Numbered from the stretch's first letter, positions 1 to 11,899 are shown. The stretch: DNA of 64,000 nucleotides from Tubulanus polymorphus (GCF_964204645.1 NC_134026.1:19874150-19938149); one strand, 5' to 3'. The notes: a model not told the origin generated them from the letters alone. Program-made: numbers and translations.

Positions 1-439
1 TCGTTTGTATTAACCGTGAAATTAGTTAGTTTGCGAAGTTAGTTTGACGATGGACGAATTGACGATCAACAAAACCGTCAAACTCAAAGGAAATAATCCG
101 CCGCAGTATATCGAGTCCGGTATCACGTTTCTCGCGTTTGTCATAGCGAGTCGTGGGCTCGGTCCTCGATGCGATATGACCCGAAGATCCGCTATTGAAG
201 ATACGTATATCATCTACCGCGTTCTGGCAGATCAAAATGTATAATCTATTGCCCCGGTCGTGGGGTGATACGACCTAGTAAACTTTTTCGCTCGAAATGT
301 GCTCTAATAAAGTTATGCATTTTACCGTGTGATAGATTCGTCAAAATTAGCCATTCGTCCCTTTTGGTCAATCGTCGCTTCGTCAATCTGTTTTGACGAA
401 TTGACGATTGAAGAATATTGACAAAACCGTCAAAATTGT

Positions 440-1503
440 ATGGAAGCCCTGAAACGACATTACGAATTACGAGTTACGTTTTACAAATTACATTTTACGT
501 TTTACGAATTACGAGTTACGTTTTACAAATTACGAGTTAGGTTAACGATTTACCATATAAGCTCCCTGCATTGCGTATGTCGCGCGAGGTCAAGGTCTTA
601 TACAATTACGTTTTACGAATTACGTTTTACGACTTACGTTCTACGAATTACGTTTTACGAATTATGTTTTACGAATTTCGTTTTACGAATTACGTTTAAC
701 GACTTACGTTTTCTATTGACTTATTGGCTATTGCTTCAAAAGTTTTTCGGAAAAACACGGGCTTTGCAATGAAGTCGAATCATGACGAAGAATGAATCTG
801 ACTGAATTTATTTTGCATTTTGAAATATATACATGTATATCCGTGAAATTGAGGGAGTTTATCGTACGCATTTTTATTACAAGTAATAATGAGACCAAGG
901 AAGTCAAAAAGTGACATGATAATTTCAAAATGATCAAAAGTATAGAGATTCAGCCTGCATACGCCCGGATTCATTAGATAATAAATTACAAACACTAACA
1001 CTGTCCTGTTTGGCAAGGAAGGGCACGATGATTAAGACGATACAAAACTGGAAATTATTCGGGCTTCATGGAGATAAAAAGAAATTGGACTCCATATCGG
1101 TGCAGATACAATTCTTCAATTGTAACAAATGATCATAACAAGTCTTAGCTTTTAATTATGAAAATATATATTTTTATTTGAAAGAAAAGCGTTTGTCATC
1201 CATCATCGTTATTAGTTGAAGTATTCGGCAAAAAATTACAATCGATTTCACCACAGTGCTGCCTTCTGCTTGCTACCCAAAGTTTAATATTCACGACACG
1301 GAGAGTGCACCACAACCTTGACCTCTTGTGAGAAATTGAACCGAAATGTAGTGGTAAATCGTTGCCCAAAATAACTCGTAAGACGTAATTCGTAAAACGT
1401 AATTCGTAAAACGTAATTCGTAAAACGTAAAACGTATTTCGTAAAACGTAATTCGTAAAACGTAAAACGTAATTCGTTATGTCGTTTCGTTCAGGGCTTC
1501 CAT
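440..1503. mobile_element. Foldback-type non-autonomous DNA transposon with tandem-repeat-filled TIRs
   Basis: Termini ATGGAAGCCCTGAA / TTCAGGGCTTCCAT are inverted; both arms carry TTACG(A/T)(A/T) heptamer arrays in opposite orientation; exact 8-bp flanking duplication AAAATTGT at 432-439 and 1504-1511. Confidence 0.85.
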
Positions 1504-1836
1504 AAAATTGTCTCAAGAAGTCAAACTCAATATCCACATCGCACTAATAATAACCGCGGTACAATTATCGAGTCATGAATCAAGTTTCTTACCTCGGTCA
1601 GAGCCAGCCAAAATCCATCTATGGTCCAATGAAATTTGACAAAACACGCATCACAAATAGTTTTTAAAAAAGAGAATAAATAATAATACAGGACAAAATA
1701 CTGTATAGCCTAACAAAATGGCGGCTAGCAATTGTAAAATGATTTATCATCTGGTCCCGTTTCGGCCACTCACAAATGTTTGGCTTGAATTTTCTAATCG
1801 GCATTACGAATATATTGTTAAATGTTCTTTTTGTAG

Positions 1837-2168
1837 TCGTGGTCGAAGAAATTGCTTGCTAGAATCAAGGAAACCGATGCGGAAAGAGCTGAATTTTTAA
1901 AGAAACATTTACCAGATTTTACTGAGAAACTTGTTGATGATTATGACGCATTAAGCTTCTATGCCAGTCAGTAAAAAACACCGTCGACATTTCTGTCGCA
2001 ATTTCATTTAACCAATACTCTATGTTTTGTCATTTCAATCTTACAGCTGAGGACGATGAATACGATTTGGAAGGTGGTATCTATTTGCTCAGATATCGCG
2101 ACCCAGTCAATGAAAAAGAGCCATATCTGACTGTTTTGAAAGATGCCGGTTCTTTCGTTCAGATATAA
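1837..2168 (+). CDS. TCTP/TPT1-like paralogue A, last two exons (1837-1966, 2047-2168); 5' exons not found, presumably upstream of the window
   Basis: GT-AG splicing gives SWSKKLLARIKETDAERAEFLKKHLPDFTEKLVDDYDALSFYATEDDEYDLEGGIYLLRYRDPVNEKEPYLTVLKDAGSFVQI*. Exon sizes (130, 122 nt) and phases equal those of the 6967-8958 gene, and the peptide resembles the TCTP C-terminal half. Confidence 0.85.
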
Positions 2169-2417
2169 ATTTCGTGTCCTTCCCATCACCAAAAATGATG
2201 ATTTTACTATAATAATCCAAAAATAAAGTCTATATTGTACTCGGAGACAGCGGTGTTGAACGTGTTCTTTCATTGTGGATCCATTTCGATACCCGCGGCG
2301 AAGTATGCGCCGACGATTCGGACTCGAGAGAATATACATATATACTTGTGGGCTGCACTGCCACTTATGAGGACCAGGTCCGTAAGAGAAGAAGAGAGTA
2401 AACCGGGAGAACACGTC

Positions 2418-3222
2418 TTTACTGTATCAGCATCATAAGACAACTAACTTTATTTCCTATACTGTAAACTACACTAAAAAGAGTACATGTGGTCAAGTAA
2501 TTACATAGATCCATCATCTTGACAGCTGCGGTTCAAAGACTACTTCAAAGAATACTTCGGCTGTTGCCGACACTGCCGGGGGGCCAAGGTGTGGTTTAGC
2601 ATGTCAAGTCTGGTAGTAAAGTAAACAAAGTACGTAAGTAAATCTAGCAAATACGAGGAAAATTAAAAAATTAAAAGTAATTAAAACGTTATACATGAAT
2701 TCGAAGAAGGCAAATTTAAGTACAGTGAGTATAATGATAAGCGATCGTCTAATTTGAATTTCTAACAGGCATTGCGTTGTGTTTGTAACATATTTGATAT
2801 AATTATGAATTCTAAAATCATATTAGTTTAATGTAATCATCATTTAAACATTAATCTACATTTCCTACATTCATTGATAAACATAGTTCATAGAAATGTT
2901 ATTTATGAAAGCATATTGAAGAAATTGATAAGCATTTAAATACATGTAGCGGTATATATAATCATACGTAATTGAGAATTTCAGCAAATTAAGGTTATAG
3001 GCGTAAACAGTAAACATTTTAACGAGTCATTAATTACAGTCGGGGTGGCGCGTGATTTTCGTTCGTGTTTACTGTATCAGCATCATAAGACAACTAAATT
3101 TATTTCCTATAATGTAAACTACACTAAAAAGAGTACATGTGGTCAAGTAATTACATAGATCCATCATCTTGACAGCTGCGGTTCAAAGACTACTTCAAAG
3201 AATACTTCGGCTGTTGCCGACA
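2418..3222 (+). repeat. ~155-bp near-identical direct duplication (2418-2572 and 3068-3222)
   Basis: TTTACTGTATCAGCATCATAAGAC...CTGTTGCCGACA repeated 650 bp apart with about two substitutions. Confidence 0.9.
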
Positions 3223-4320
3223 ACTACTGTATACTCTTTACCAATAAGAAGAGGGCTCCAGGAAAAAATCTCAACCTCAGAATGCATCTTGTATACATTT
3301 TCTGTTTTACTCCGATGAGGGGCTTCGTTCTTCGGGCGCTCGCGCAAGCACACACCTAACTTTGGAACGTTTATCGTGTTAAAATGCCAACCCTTTCAGT
3401 GGCATAGTCACTAGGAGTGACGATGAAATCCGATAGATCCTGGCAGTCACCTGCCAGGTGACACGTTACTTACTAACCTACTTACTTTCACTAGATGACA
3501 ACCAGTCGAATCTGGCTGCTCAAACTTAATGTCTTACAGTCGTTTAAATGCTCTAGTACTGATAAAAAGTGCTGGCTATGTTTTTTATTAGCAAACTAGG
3601 TCATGTAAACAAATACGTGACCTAAATTTGACATAAGGAATGAAAAGATAGATATGTGCATGTCGGATACGAATTCGTGTTGCTCGGATTGAAAATGATC
3701 GTCGCTCACGTGGTGGAAGTCGATTTACGAAGATCTCCCGATAGGAATTACATGAAAAAGTTACGAGTCGCACCAGATCCTCCGCTCGAATTGTACATTT
3801 TAGCTGCTTTTAGAATGAATTTTGAGAGTTTTGATTTTTAGATGATTATTAATCAATAGATGCGTGTTAACGAGATGAGCCCCATTTTCAAATGGGTATA
3901 GGTCTTGCGCGTGACGTCATAGTTTGTTTGCTGGCCATTTCGAGGGTCTGTCATGTAAATCACATGTATATACATGTATATATGTTTATTCGACCCATGT
4001 GGCGTAGTCACTTTGAAAAAGCACAGGGCTGCAAGACCTTTGTAATATCTATTTCGACGAACGTTTTTGTGAACGTTTTCCAAGGAGAATACAAGGAGAA
4101 TTTTTTCATCTGGAAAAAATTGGTTATGATTTGTTTCTGGCAAAACATTTTGTGCATGAATTTAAAGTCAAGGCATGGGAGTTATTTTTTTTATAATCAT
4201 TTCTCAACTGTTCACACTCTTGCACTGGGATTGACCCGTTCCTGTTCAAACCATGTGTTCAATTCACTTCAATTCAATTTCAATATTTTTCATAAGAAAG
4301 CATGTTATAAGAAAGAAACA

Positions 4321-4430
4321 GGACCCAGTTCGACAGTCGTAAGTTAGAGTTAACTCTGAGTTTAAGTTAGTTCATTTTCAATGTTTTAACCCAGAGTCAA
4401 ATCTTAACTCGGAACTGTGGACATGGGCCC
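4321..4430. mobile_element. Degenerate PIF/Harbinger-type MITE
   Basis: GGACCCAGTT...CATGGGCCC imperfect termini and GAGTTAACTC internal palindromes; resembles elements at 57570, 57702 and 62541. Confidence 0.5.
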
Positions 4431-4519
4431 AGAACAAAAATAAAATTGAGAAGGCTTTCTTATGAGGGCCTAGCCACGGCCAAAAGGCTGCTATAGCAAG
4501 CACCGCTCGTTCGGTGTAG

Positions 4520-5453
4520 GCTCCATGTTGTCCTATTACAGCAACGGACAGCCACGTTCTCTATCACTTTGGGAAATGTTTTTGGCGATATGTTCTGCAT
4601 CTCCCTGCGGATATTGTTCTTCAGTTGGTCAAGTGTTCGAGGCTTCGGGCTCCCATAGATTCTCTCTTTCAGATGACCCCACTGGAAGAAGTCTGTGGGC
4701 GCAATGTCGTGTGGATAACCGGGCCACTCCACATCCTCATAGAGATTACTCGATCTGGAAAATGTTCACGGAGAAAATGTATTGATTCTCCGGTTATGCG
4801 AGGTGGAGCCATATCCTGATACGAATAATGTTATTTCTCCTTCGGGCCTGAGTACGCTGACAGAAATAGATTCTCGTATCACATTCGGTTGTTTACTTGG
4901 TTGATGGTAACTATGTGTCCTTGGTCATCCTCACAGAAATGCGGGCTAGCCACATTAGCCGCGATCACACGAGCATTTTTGGCCCGTACCAAATTTAGCT
5001 CGGAAAACTGTTCACACGGGTGCCAAATGGGCCCGAGCCTGTTTGGCCCGACAAAAATTGTTGGACAAGGCCAAGCAAAATTTTAGCACCAGACAAATGA
5101 TTGCGTTTGAATAGCAACTGGCACCGGAAATGATCCACTTCGCTTTGTTTGAGCATTTTTTAGTATCGAGTGAATGGTTTACGTGTGAACGCGCTCTCTA
5201 ATTAGGCACGGGCCAAAGTTGGCCCGAGCCTGATCCGTGCCAATTTGGCCCGGGCCAGATCGTCACCGTGTGATCGCGGCTATTGTCGCAGTTAAAAAAT
5301 CATTATAGAAACAAAATCTCGCATGCAGGGTTCCACGGTTGCGGTCCTTATTTGTCCTTCTTTTGGAAGAAGTTTGGACAAACTTCATCTTTGTGCTTTA
5401 TGTGCTTTATGCACATATTGTTTTGTCAGTCAAAGCATTTTTGGGACACCCTG
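4520..5453 (-). mobile_element. Decayed Tc1/mariner transposon with transposase remnant
   Basis: Minus frame EWPGYPHDIAPTDFFQWGHLKERIYGSPKPRTLDQLKNNIRREM resembles the WPxxSPDLxPxDFFLWGxLK Tc1/mariner motif; terminus TA-CAGGGTGTCCCAAAA at 5439-5455; interrupted by a MITE. Confidence 0.8.
4957..5281. mobile_element. MITE (PIF/Harbinger-like) inserted in the mariner remnant
   Basis: 15-bp perfect TIR AGCCGCGATCACACG / CGTGTGATCGCGGCT, 3-bp ATT duplication on both sides, internal GGCCCG subrepeats. Confidence 0.8.
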
Positions 5454-6336
5454 TATATGGATTAATTGATTTTATTCGAAAACATTAGAGCGATAGCCTG
5501 TGATCTAACATAAGATCCGTTTAGTTGAACTGTTTTATCAATTTGATAAAATGTGAAGAGATCTGATGCATTTTTTTTTATAAAACCTGTGAAATATCGT
5601 AAAAATGCGAAAAATTCAAGAAAACTGTAAAAAAATGTTTTGATAGCTTCTTATGCCAAACACGACGGAGCTCAGAATTTATTTCAGCTCAGAAATTCTA
5701 TCTTAATCTTATTAGATCGGGATGAGTAAACGCTCATATTATTGTATCTTTCAAAAAAAGTAAATTATGGTGAAAATTCAAGTGTTAATCAATTTAACCT
5801 CTGAGACAGTAATGAACTTGATCTATATTTCATTTCATTTCATTATACTGTACCGTACAAGCATTATATAATCTATTTACATTTATATTCAGGATAACAA
5901 ACTTTATATTGAGCCCGCTTATGGATAATTTATACGCCCAGTCGAACCGGAACTTTATAATACATGTACAATTTTGCGAATATTGATTATGAAATTACCT
6001 GTTGTGATACGCGTGCATGTATGTATTTATAAAACTTGTATGTTGTATTTTGGAGATATGATTTTAGAAAAAATAAAATTGTTCTTAAAATGATGGAGAT
6101 ATTTTTGAATTTAGAAAAGTCTGAAATCTTAACACCATTCGAACGTAATTATGGAAGGAACGCGGAGATGGTGGAGGCTGTGCCATTATTCAGCAGAAAT
6201 TGTCAAATTACGATTCAATAGAAATGCTACCAGAGACTTTTGAAGCATCGACAAAATCGGACATTATCAAGCCAAAATGGGGCAAGGAATATATATGTTC
6301 ACTACTATAGATCGAAGAAAATACGATTGCGGTGAT

Positions 6337-6374
6337 CCAGGGAAGTGTGATGAGATCTCATCACACTTCCCTGG
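6337..6374. repeat. Perfect 38-bp palindrome
   Basis: CCAGGGAAGTGTGATGAGATCTCATCACACTTCCCTGG is its own reverse complement. Confidence 0.9.
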
Positions 6375-6899
6375 CTGATCTACCATTAGTTACCGAGTGA
6401 CACTGGGCGATGATATATGATATGTTGAATTATATCATATATCATATTATTCAGCCCCTCTCAACCCCTGAAATGAACGACATAACAATATTGCGACCTA
6501 GACAACGATGATTACCACCCGTTTACTTTAGCACTGAAAATATGAATGATAAAAGGATTATAACACAGCCGGTTTTGAGCCGATTAATTTCTGCAATGCT
6601 TTTATACGACCCAGAGCAGCGTCATTGGGGGGACGCAATCAACCATAATGGATTCCCATTGAAATTATGTGACTACGTACAAACCCGCTCTCCCGTCCGA
6701 CTTCTTATAATCTTAGGGATTATATTCTTACGAGACTATAGCAGAAATGTATCTACAGTGTCAAAGTGGTATTTGCTAATATAGAAAATTGTTTCTCTTC
6801 GCTCCCCTCATCCAAAATAGGTGACGCCGCCTCAACGGCCGTGCACTTTTTAATAAGACCAAGGCTATAAAACCTGTATGAACAGATTACATACGTTTG

Positions 6900-6905
6900 T
6901 ATAAA
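6900..6905 (+). promoter_or_regulatory. Candidate TATA box of TCTP-like B
   Basis: TATAAA about 65 bp upstream of ATG 6967; a second TATAAAA at 6866. Confidence 0.4.
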
Positions 6906-6966
6906 GCCTGTGTGATTTGGACGAGACACAACTATACAATTCGAAAGGACACCAACGGACTTGAAA

Positions 6967-8958
6967 ATGAAAGTATTTCAAGATCATTTTACAGGTAATT
7001 TTCATAACCATTGATGAAATTCTCTGTTCGTGTTGTGACGATCTGAGAAAATCTAAGAAAGATGAAAGAGTATTTCTGAAGATAGCTATTAAGATATAGG
7101 CCTGGTCGAAACGCTTATCACGACTTGTACAAGTCTGGCATATTTTTTTACGTGCCCTATATTCATTTTGCCAACAAAGATAATTGGTGCATTTTAGTGG
7201 GAGTGCGCCTAATATTGCTTTTTTGGACATCATGTGACAAGTCCTTCAAAATTGGCATTTGGGTCAGCCCCTGAAATCATAAACTCAAGGAGACTTTACT
7301 TCTTTCTTAATGTGGAATATATTATATGTAAAGATAATTTGCATATTTGGATTGAATTAAAACAACAAGATAATCCTGTTACTTAAAGATGCCGGCCTTG
7401 AAGATTTGAGCATCGATTTCGAAAGATTCACTATTTGGTAATCTTTTTTCATCCGTTTTGGTATGTACTTGATTTGAGGCCAAATGTTAATCCCAAATAT
7501 GCGAGTTGTGAAATTGCTCCTTTTGGTATATTTTCAATAATTTTCTGCGTGAGTTCTCCTATAGGAACCGACATGTGTACCTAACAAAAAGTTCCACTGT
7601 AAATAGAAGAACTGTAAGTTAAGCTCCACGCGGGTCTCTCTGGCTTTTATGACTTATTCATTAATTCGATAATATGGAAGAACATACAAGCTACTAATTT
7701 CGGTATAACAGCCAATCAAATTGGTCCCTGGAGGTAAAGCCAGAGTACGCGGTCTGAGCCTGGTCAATCAGCAGATTAAGTCAGTGAAATATAAGGAATT
7801 GTTCACGGTTAGCAGTCACCTTTTTCAGGAGAAGACGTATTTAGCGATGCATATAAATACACGCTCGTTGATGACCTGTACTATACAGTAGATGGAAAGG
7901 TGAGTTTAGAAATCTAAAAAACAAAATTCATCCAAGTTCAAAATCTAAACACTTTAATGGAGAACCGGCTGAACTACTGCCACTCGCGACCGGTGGTATG
8001 CCGGTTCCCCATTGACACGACGAAAATTTACAAGGATTGTTCGTGTTTTTCAGTGGGTATCGTCGAAAACTGCAGTAAGCGAATCACTGATTGGTGGTAA
8101 TAGGTCTGCAGAAAATGATGAACAAGAGAAGGCTGATGTAGAATGGGAAGTAGACTTTATTGGTAGTAGCACTTTAAGAGAGATAACCACTGTTGCTTCC
8201 GTTACAGACTTCAAACAACAATGGAGCGTATGTATTTCAATGTTTGCAACTTGGCTGATTCGAGCTATCGGTGGGCGTCGTTGCGGGCCGTCTTCGGGCG
8301 GTGCTTTCGGGGTTACGAGCCCCTGTCGAGCGGCGCTGAAAAGACTTCGAACCCAGAAGCCGAAACGCGAAATTATTCGCAGACGACTTAGATCTCGGTC
8401 GTGTCGCACTCGGCAGAGCAGCTACCACACTGCGAACCGTTATGTCCTTTGACCGATGGATTTGTCCCGGGGGCGGCCCGTCCAGGGAGAATGTCTGGGG
8501 TAATAGGTCGTTCATTTCCGAGGCAGAAAGATTGCCATTATCTGGTCCCGAATCAGCCACTCAAATGTTTGGTCTCTATTTTCTAATCGGCAGCGAATAT
8601 AGTGCTAAATTTCCTTGAATATTGTAGACGTTCTCGAAGAAACTGCTTGCGAGAATCAAGGAAACCGATGCGCACAGGGTTGAACATTTCAAGAATGGTT
8701 TAAACGATTTAACTAAAAACCTTATTGCTGATTTCGACGCATCAAAATTCTATGCCAGTTAGTAAAAACGCTGTCTATATTACAGTCGCATTTTCATTCA
8801 ACCAATGCTCTATGTTTCGTCATTTTAATCTTGCAGCTAAAGATGATGAATTCGATTTGGAAGGCGGTATTTATGTGCTCAGATTTCTCGACCTCGTCAA
8901 TAAAGAACAGCCATATTTGACTGTGTTGAAAGCGGCGGGTTCTTTTGTGACGTTTTGA
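6967..8958 (+). CDS. Divergent translationally controlled tumour protein (TCTP/TPT1)-like paralogue B, 174 aa; exons 6967-6994, 7829-7899, 8054-8227, 8628-8757, 8837-8958
   Basis: All introns GT-AG and in phase (525 nt total). MKVFQDHFTGEDVFSDAYKYTLVDDLYYTVDGK resembles the TCTP N-terminus, SLIGGNRSAE resembles the TCTP1 signature, and the 28-nt first coding exon matches TPT1. Confidence 0.92.
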
Positions 8959-10131
8959 GTTTTGGTTGCCGTCTATAGCAACTTGTTGTTTTGTGTAGAA
9001 CTGTATTCGTCAGTCGTGTTTGTAAAGTAATTAGCCATGGCCTCACTGTCTTCGGCATGTTGTTGCTCAAATTCTCTGCTCACTGTCTGTCAGCTTTGTT
9101 TTTCATACCAAGGTTTTTTTTGTTATTATGCGGGAATTTAAATAAGGTATAGTCGATATAGAATGGGACACACTTGTTTCGGTCGGAAGCCGGGAAAGGG
9201 ATTTTATCTAAATTGATCGTTGACGACTGTGGATTTATTTGCCGAGCTAGTTCCCAAGCTCAGTGAAAATTCTAATTACTTTACCACCACGCAAATCTAA
9301 TCCAAGCAAGCCTCAGAATGACGACGCATTATGATGTATAATCCGATAATAAAGTCTGTTGTAGAGACATGATGATAATAATGTTAACGATAGTAATGGC
9401 AGATGCTTTTAAGCTTTCGCTCGCTTTTCGATGGACGCATGCTCAAAGCCCGGTTAATGCGTATGGAAAAAGCTGATTGCTTCATGTGTCCAAAAGAAAA
9501 TATGAAATGCGGAACAGATTATAACACCGCCGGTTTCTAGCCGATTAACTTCCACAATGCTTACGACCCAGGGTGGTGTCAGTGGAGGGGCCGTACCAAC
9601 CGTTATAGATTCCAATTTCACTGTACTCCACACTTAATGTTTTTCATTATTCATGCCATCAAGTTGATGTAAATATTGTTATAAAGTTGATGAAATAAAC
9701 TTCTATGAAAAGCCACTTTATAGAAATCAGTCGATATCGAATGTACGTAAGATATGAATCGTGCATATTTTACTTTCTTAAACCCTTTTTTCTCAAGGGG
9801 CCTGAACGTCGTAGTGATTGTACAGCCTAAGGCTCTGCTGAGGTCGCTATCATCAATCGTCGTAAAAGCAACCGGACAACAATCGAAAATTTGGCACAAA
9901 AGTTTTGTGCCAAATTTTCGATACTTGAAGGTGTCTTTCCGATACTTGAAGGTGTCCTGAGTTCACATAAGTATGTTCGGTGCCAAGCTCTAAAAACATT
10001 CATTTTCCTGTTCACTCGAGTGAATTGCAGACCATCACGTTTATTGTTGGGGCGCTAATTTCACATAAAATTGGAGAATTCGTTCGCATTAGAACATCAA
10101 TTTATAACGTATACATGTACTTAATTTTAGC

Positions 10132-10424
10132 AAAAGGTTAGGGTCCAGTTATATTGGCCGGGGTGCCAACCGGCGACTATTCACAGGCGCGAACCCACTA
10201 CTGCTCGACGCGGGATCTTTCCACCCTGGGCCGATTCGATCCTCCTTAGACAACCTGGTCAGCCTAGGCTCCCCGTGCTGGCCATATTGACGCCGAGCTT
10301 AGCGCGGACGCCCGGTCGAACGACATAGACCGACGACTGACAGTAATGTTATCCCGGCTTCAAGCTGTCCACCAAACCAAGCCTCCAAGTCGCTGGATTA
10401 CAGGAGTGCGCCACGACTCGCAGC
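10132..10424 (-). ncRNA. RN7SL: 7SL (SRP) RNA gene copy with an internal deletion in helix 8 (variant or pseudogene)
   Basis: Minus strand starts GCTGCGAGTCGTGGCGCACTCCTGTAATCCAGCGACTTGGAGGCT (Alu domain), contains AATATGG..GGAG..ACCAGGTTGTCTAAGGAGG..GGCCCAGG..GGAAA and CAGTAGTGGGTTCGCGCCTGTGAATAG, and ends in TTTT; TAAATA lies at -25 to -30. Confidence 0.93.
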
Positions 10425-11899
10425 TAGTAATAGTGCGCTCGTTTGTGGTATTTACCAGACAAACACCAGATGACACCGATTTACATTGTTACTGGCGCCT
10501 TTTAAATCAAATCAGTTCATTAGATAAAGGGCATAGGGCCAGTACGCATACATATACACACATACGTAACTGGGCTCTTTTTCACATTCTTGCTCCTTCA
10601 CCCGAATTCAAAGTTCCCTTTTCCCATGGCCCGCTGAAAACTCACTTTCGCACTCAATATCCCCACTCGACATTCTATGAAACCGGAATTCGCCAAGTAC
10701 CACGGGACGAATAACTTAGAGTATACATTAGTTATAAAATCAGAATAGCTGTTCGTGAACATATTCATATTTTTATCTATATAATAGAAGCAGGTATTTC
10801 AAAAGCCCCCTATTGAAATGTTGGTAACCGCGTTCGAATGCTAGTTTGTGGGAAAAAAGGGCGAATTGAAGACTTGGTAGGTGTAATCAGCGCAGCGTAG
10901 AATTCATTAAAAGCATTAGCGTCACAATCGTTTCTATGTGAATGAACCATCATAGCTATAGCCTGCAATCCGCAACTGACCGATGTCACATTGTTCATGG
11001 ACGCCCATCATTGTAGGGAAATTCTAGACAACGGATAGCGTTTTGCTGAAACTTGTGAAACTGCATTTGAATTGAAAGTTCCATCAAAGCATTTTATGCG
11101 ATGAAATTTATTAGAATGAAACCAAAAGAAGGTTTTCTCTTACATCCCTGTAGGCCTACAGTATGTTTGTACTAAACATTGAAACCCCTCCCACAACAGA
11201 GGTAAGCATTAATTGATTGAATACCCCCTTGGTGTAGATAACACAGAAACTTAGGATTTCCTGGTTACTGCCCTGTGTATTTCTATGTGGTTGAATAATA
11301 AACAGATGCTGTGACCTGTACGGAAGAGCAATGCGGCCAACAGCATTTTATTTTCAGTTCAAAAAGTCGACTTTTCGAAATAGTAATTCGACTTTTCGAC
11401 TTAATAAGTCGACTCTAACCACACTGTCATTGTAAACATGGCGGATGTTTATTTGACCGGGCACTTTCCGAACTAAACAGGGCACATTTTTACAATAGGC
11501 GGATGTATAATCATTGTGTGCAAAAAGGGCAATTTGCTGCAAACATTAACATGTTTTTCCTTGCAAAAGAAACTCAAATGCTTGAATATTGCATCTGCAG
11601 GGCTTTTTAATTTTCCTTCGGAGCTCGCCACTCGTGGATAGTTCTTCTTTACAATAATTAGTGCCCTTCTTACCCCTCCCTCCTATTATATCCATATATG
11701 CCCTGGATGCGCCCCTGCGTATCGATCCTTCTATATGAATGAACTACGTTTCTTTTTTTTCTATTTGTTTTTATGTTTTTTTATAAACAATACTATCATC
11801 AGGAGAATATAGTTGAATCAAACTTAAACTAAGTCAACGACGGCTCAATAATGTATGGAAATTCTCCTAATGATGTGCACGGCGGCAGCACCTTTCGGT

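Noticed and set aside
440-1537. ORFs with repeated FYELR/NYVLR peptides; CRISPR-like periodicity
   Set aside because: Translations of heptamer tandem arrays inside transposon TIRs; no unique spacers or cas genes, and the context is eukaryotic.
8012-8452. 146-aa ORF as a standalone gene
   Set aside because: Only 8054-8227 is coding (TCTP exon 3); the rest is intron read-through.
8540-8627. snoRNA in the conserved TCTP intron end (vertebrate TPT1 hosts snoRNAs)
   Set aside because: No convincing C/D or H/ACA architecture; similarity between paralogues is explained by recent duplication.
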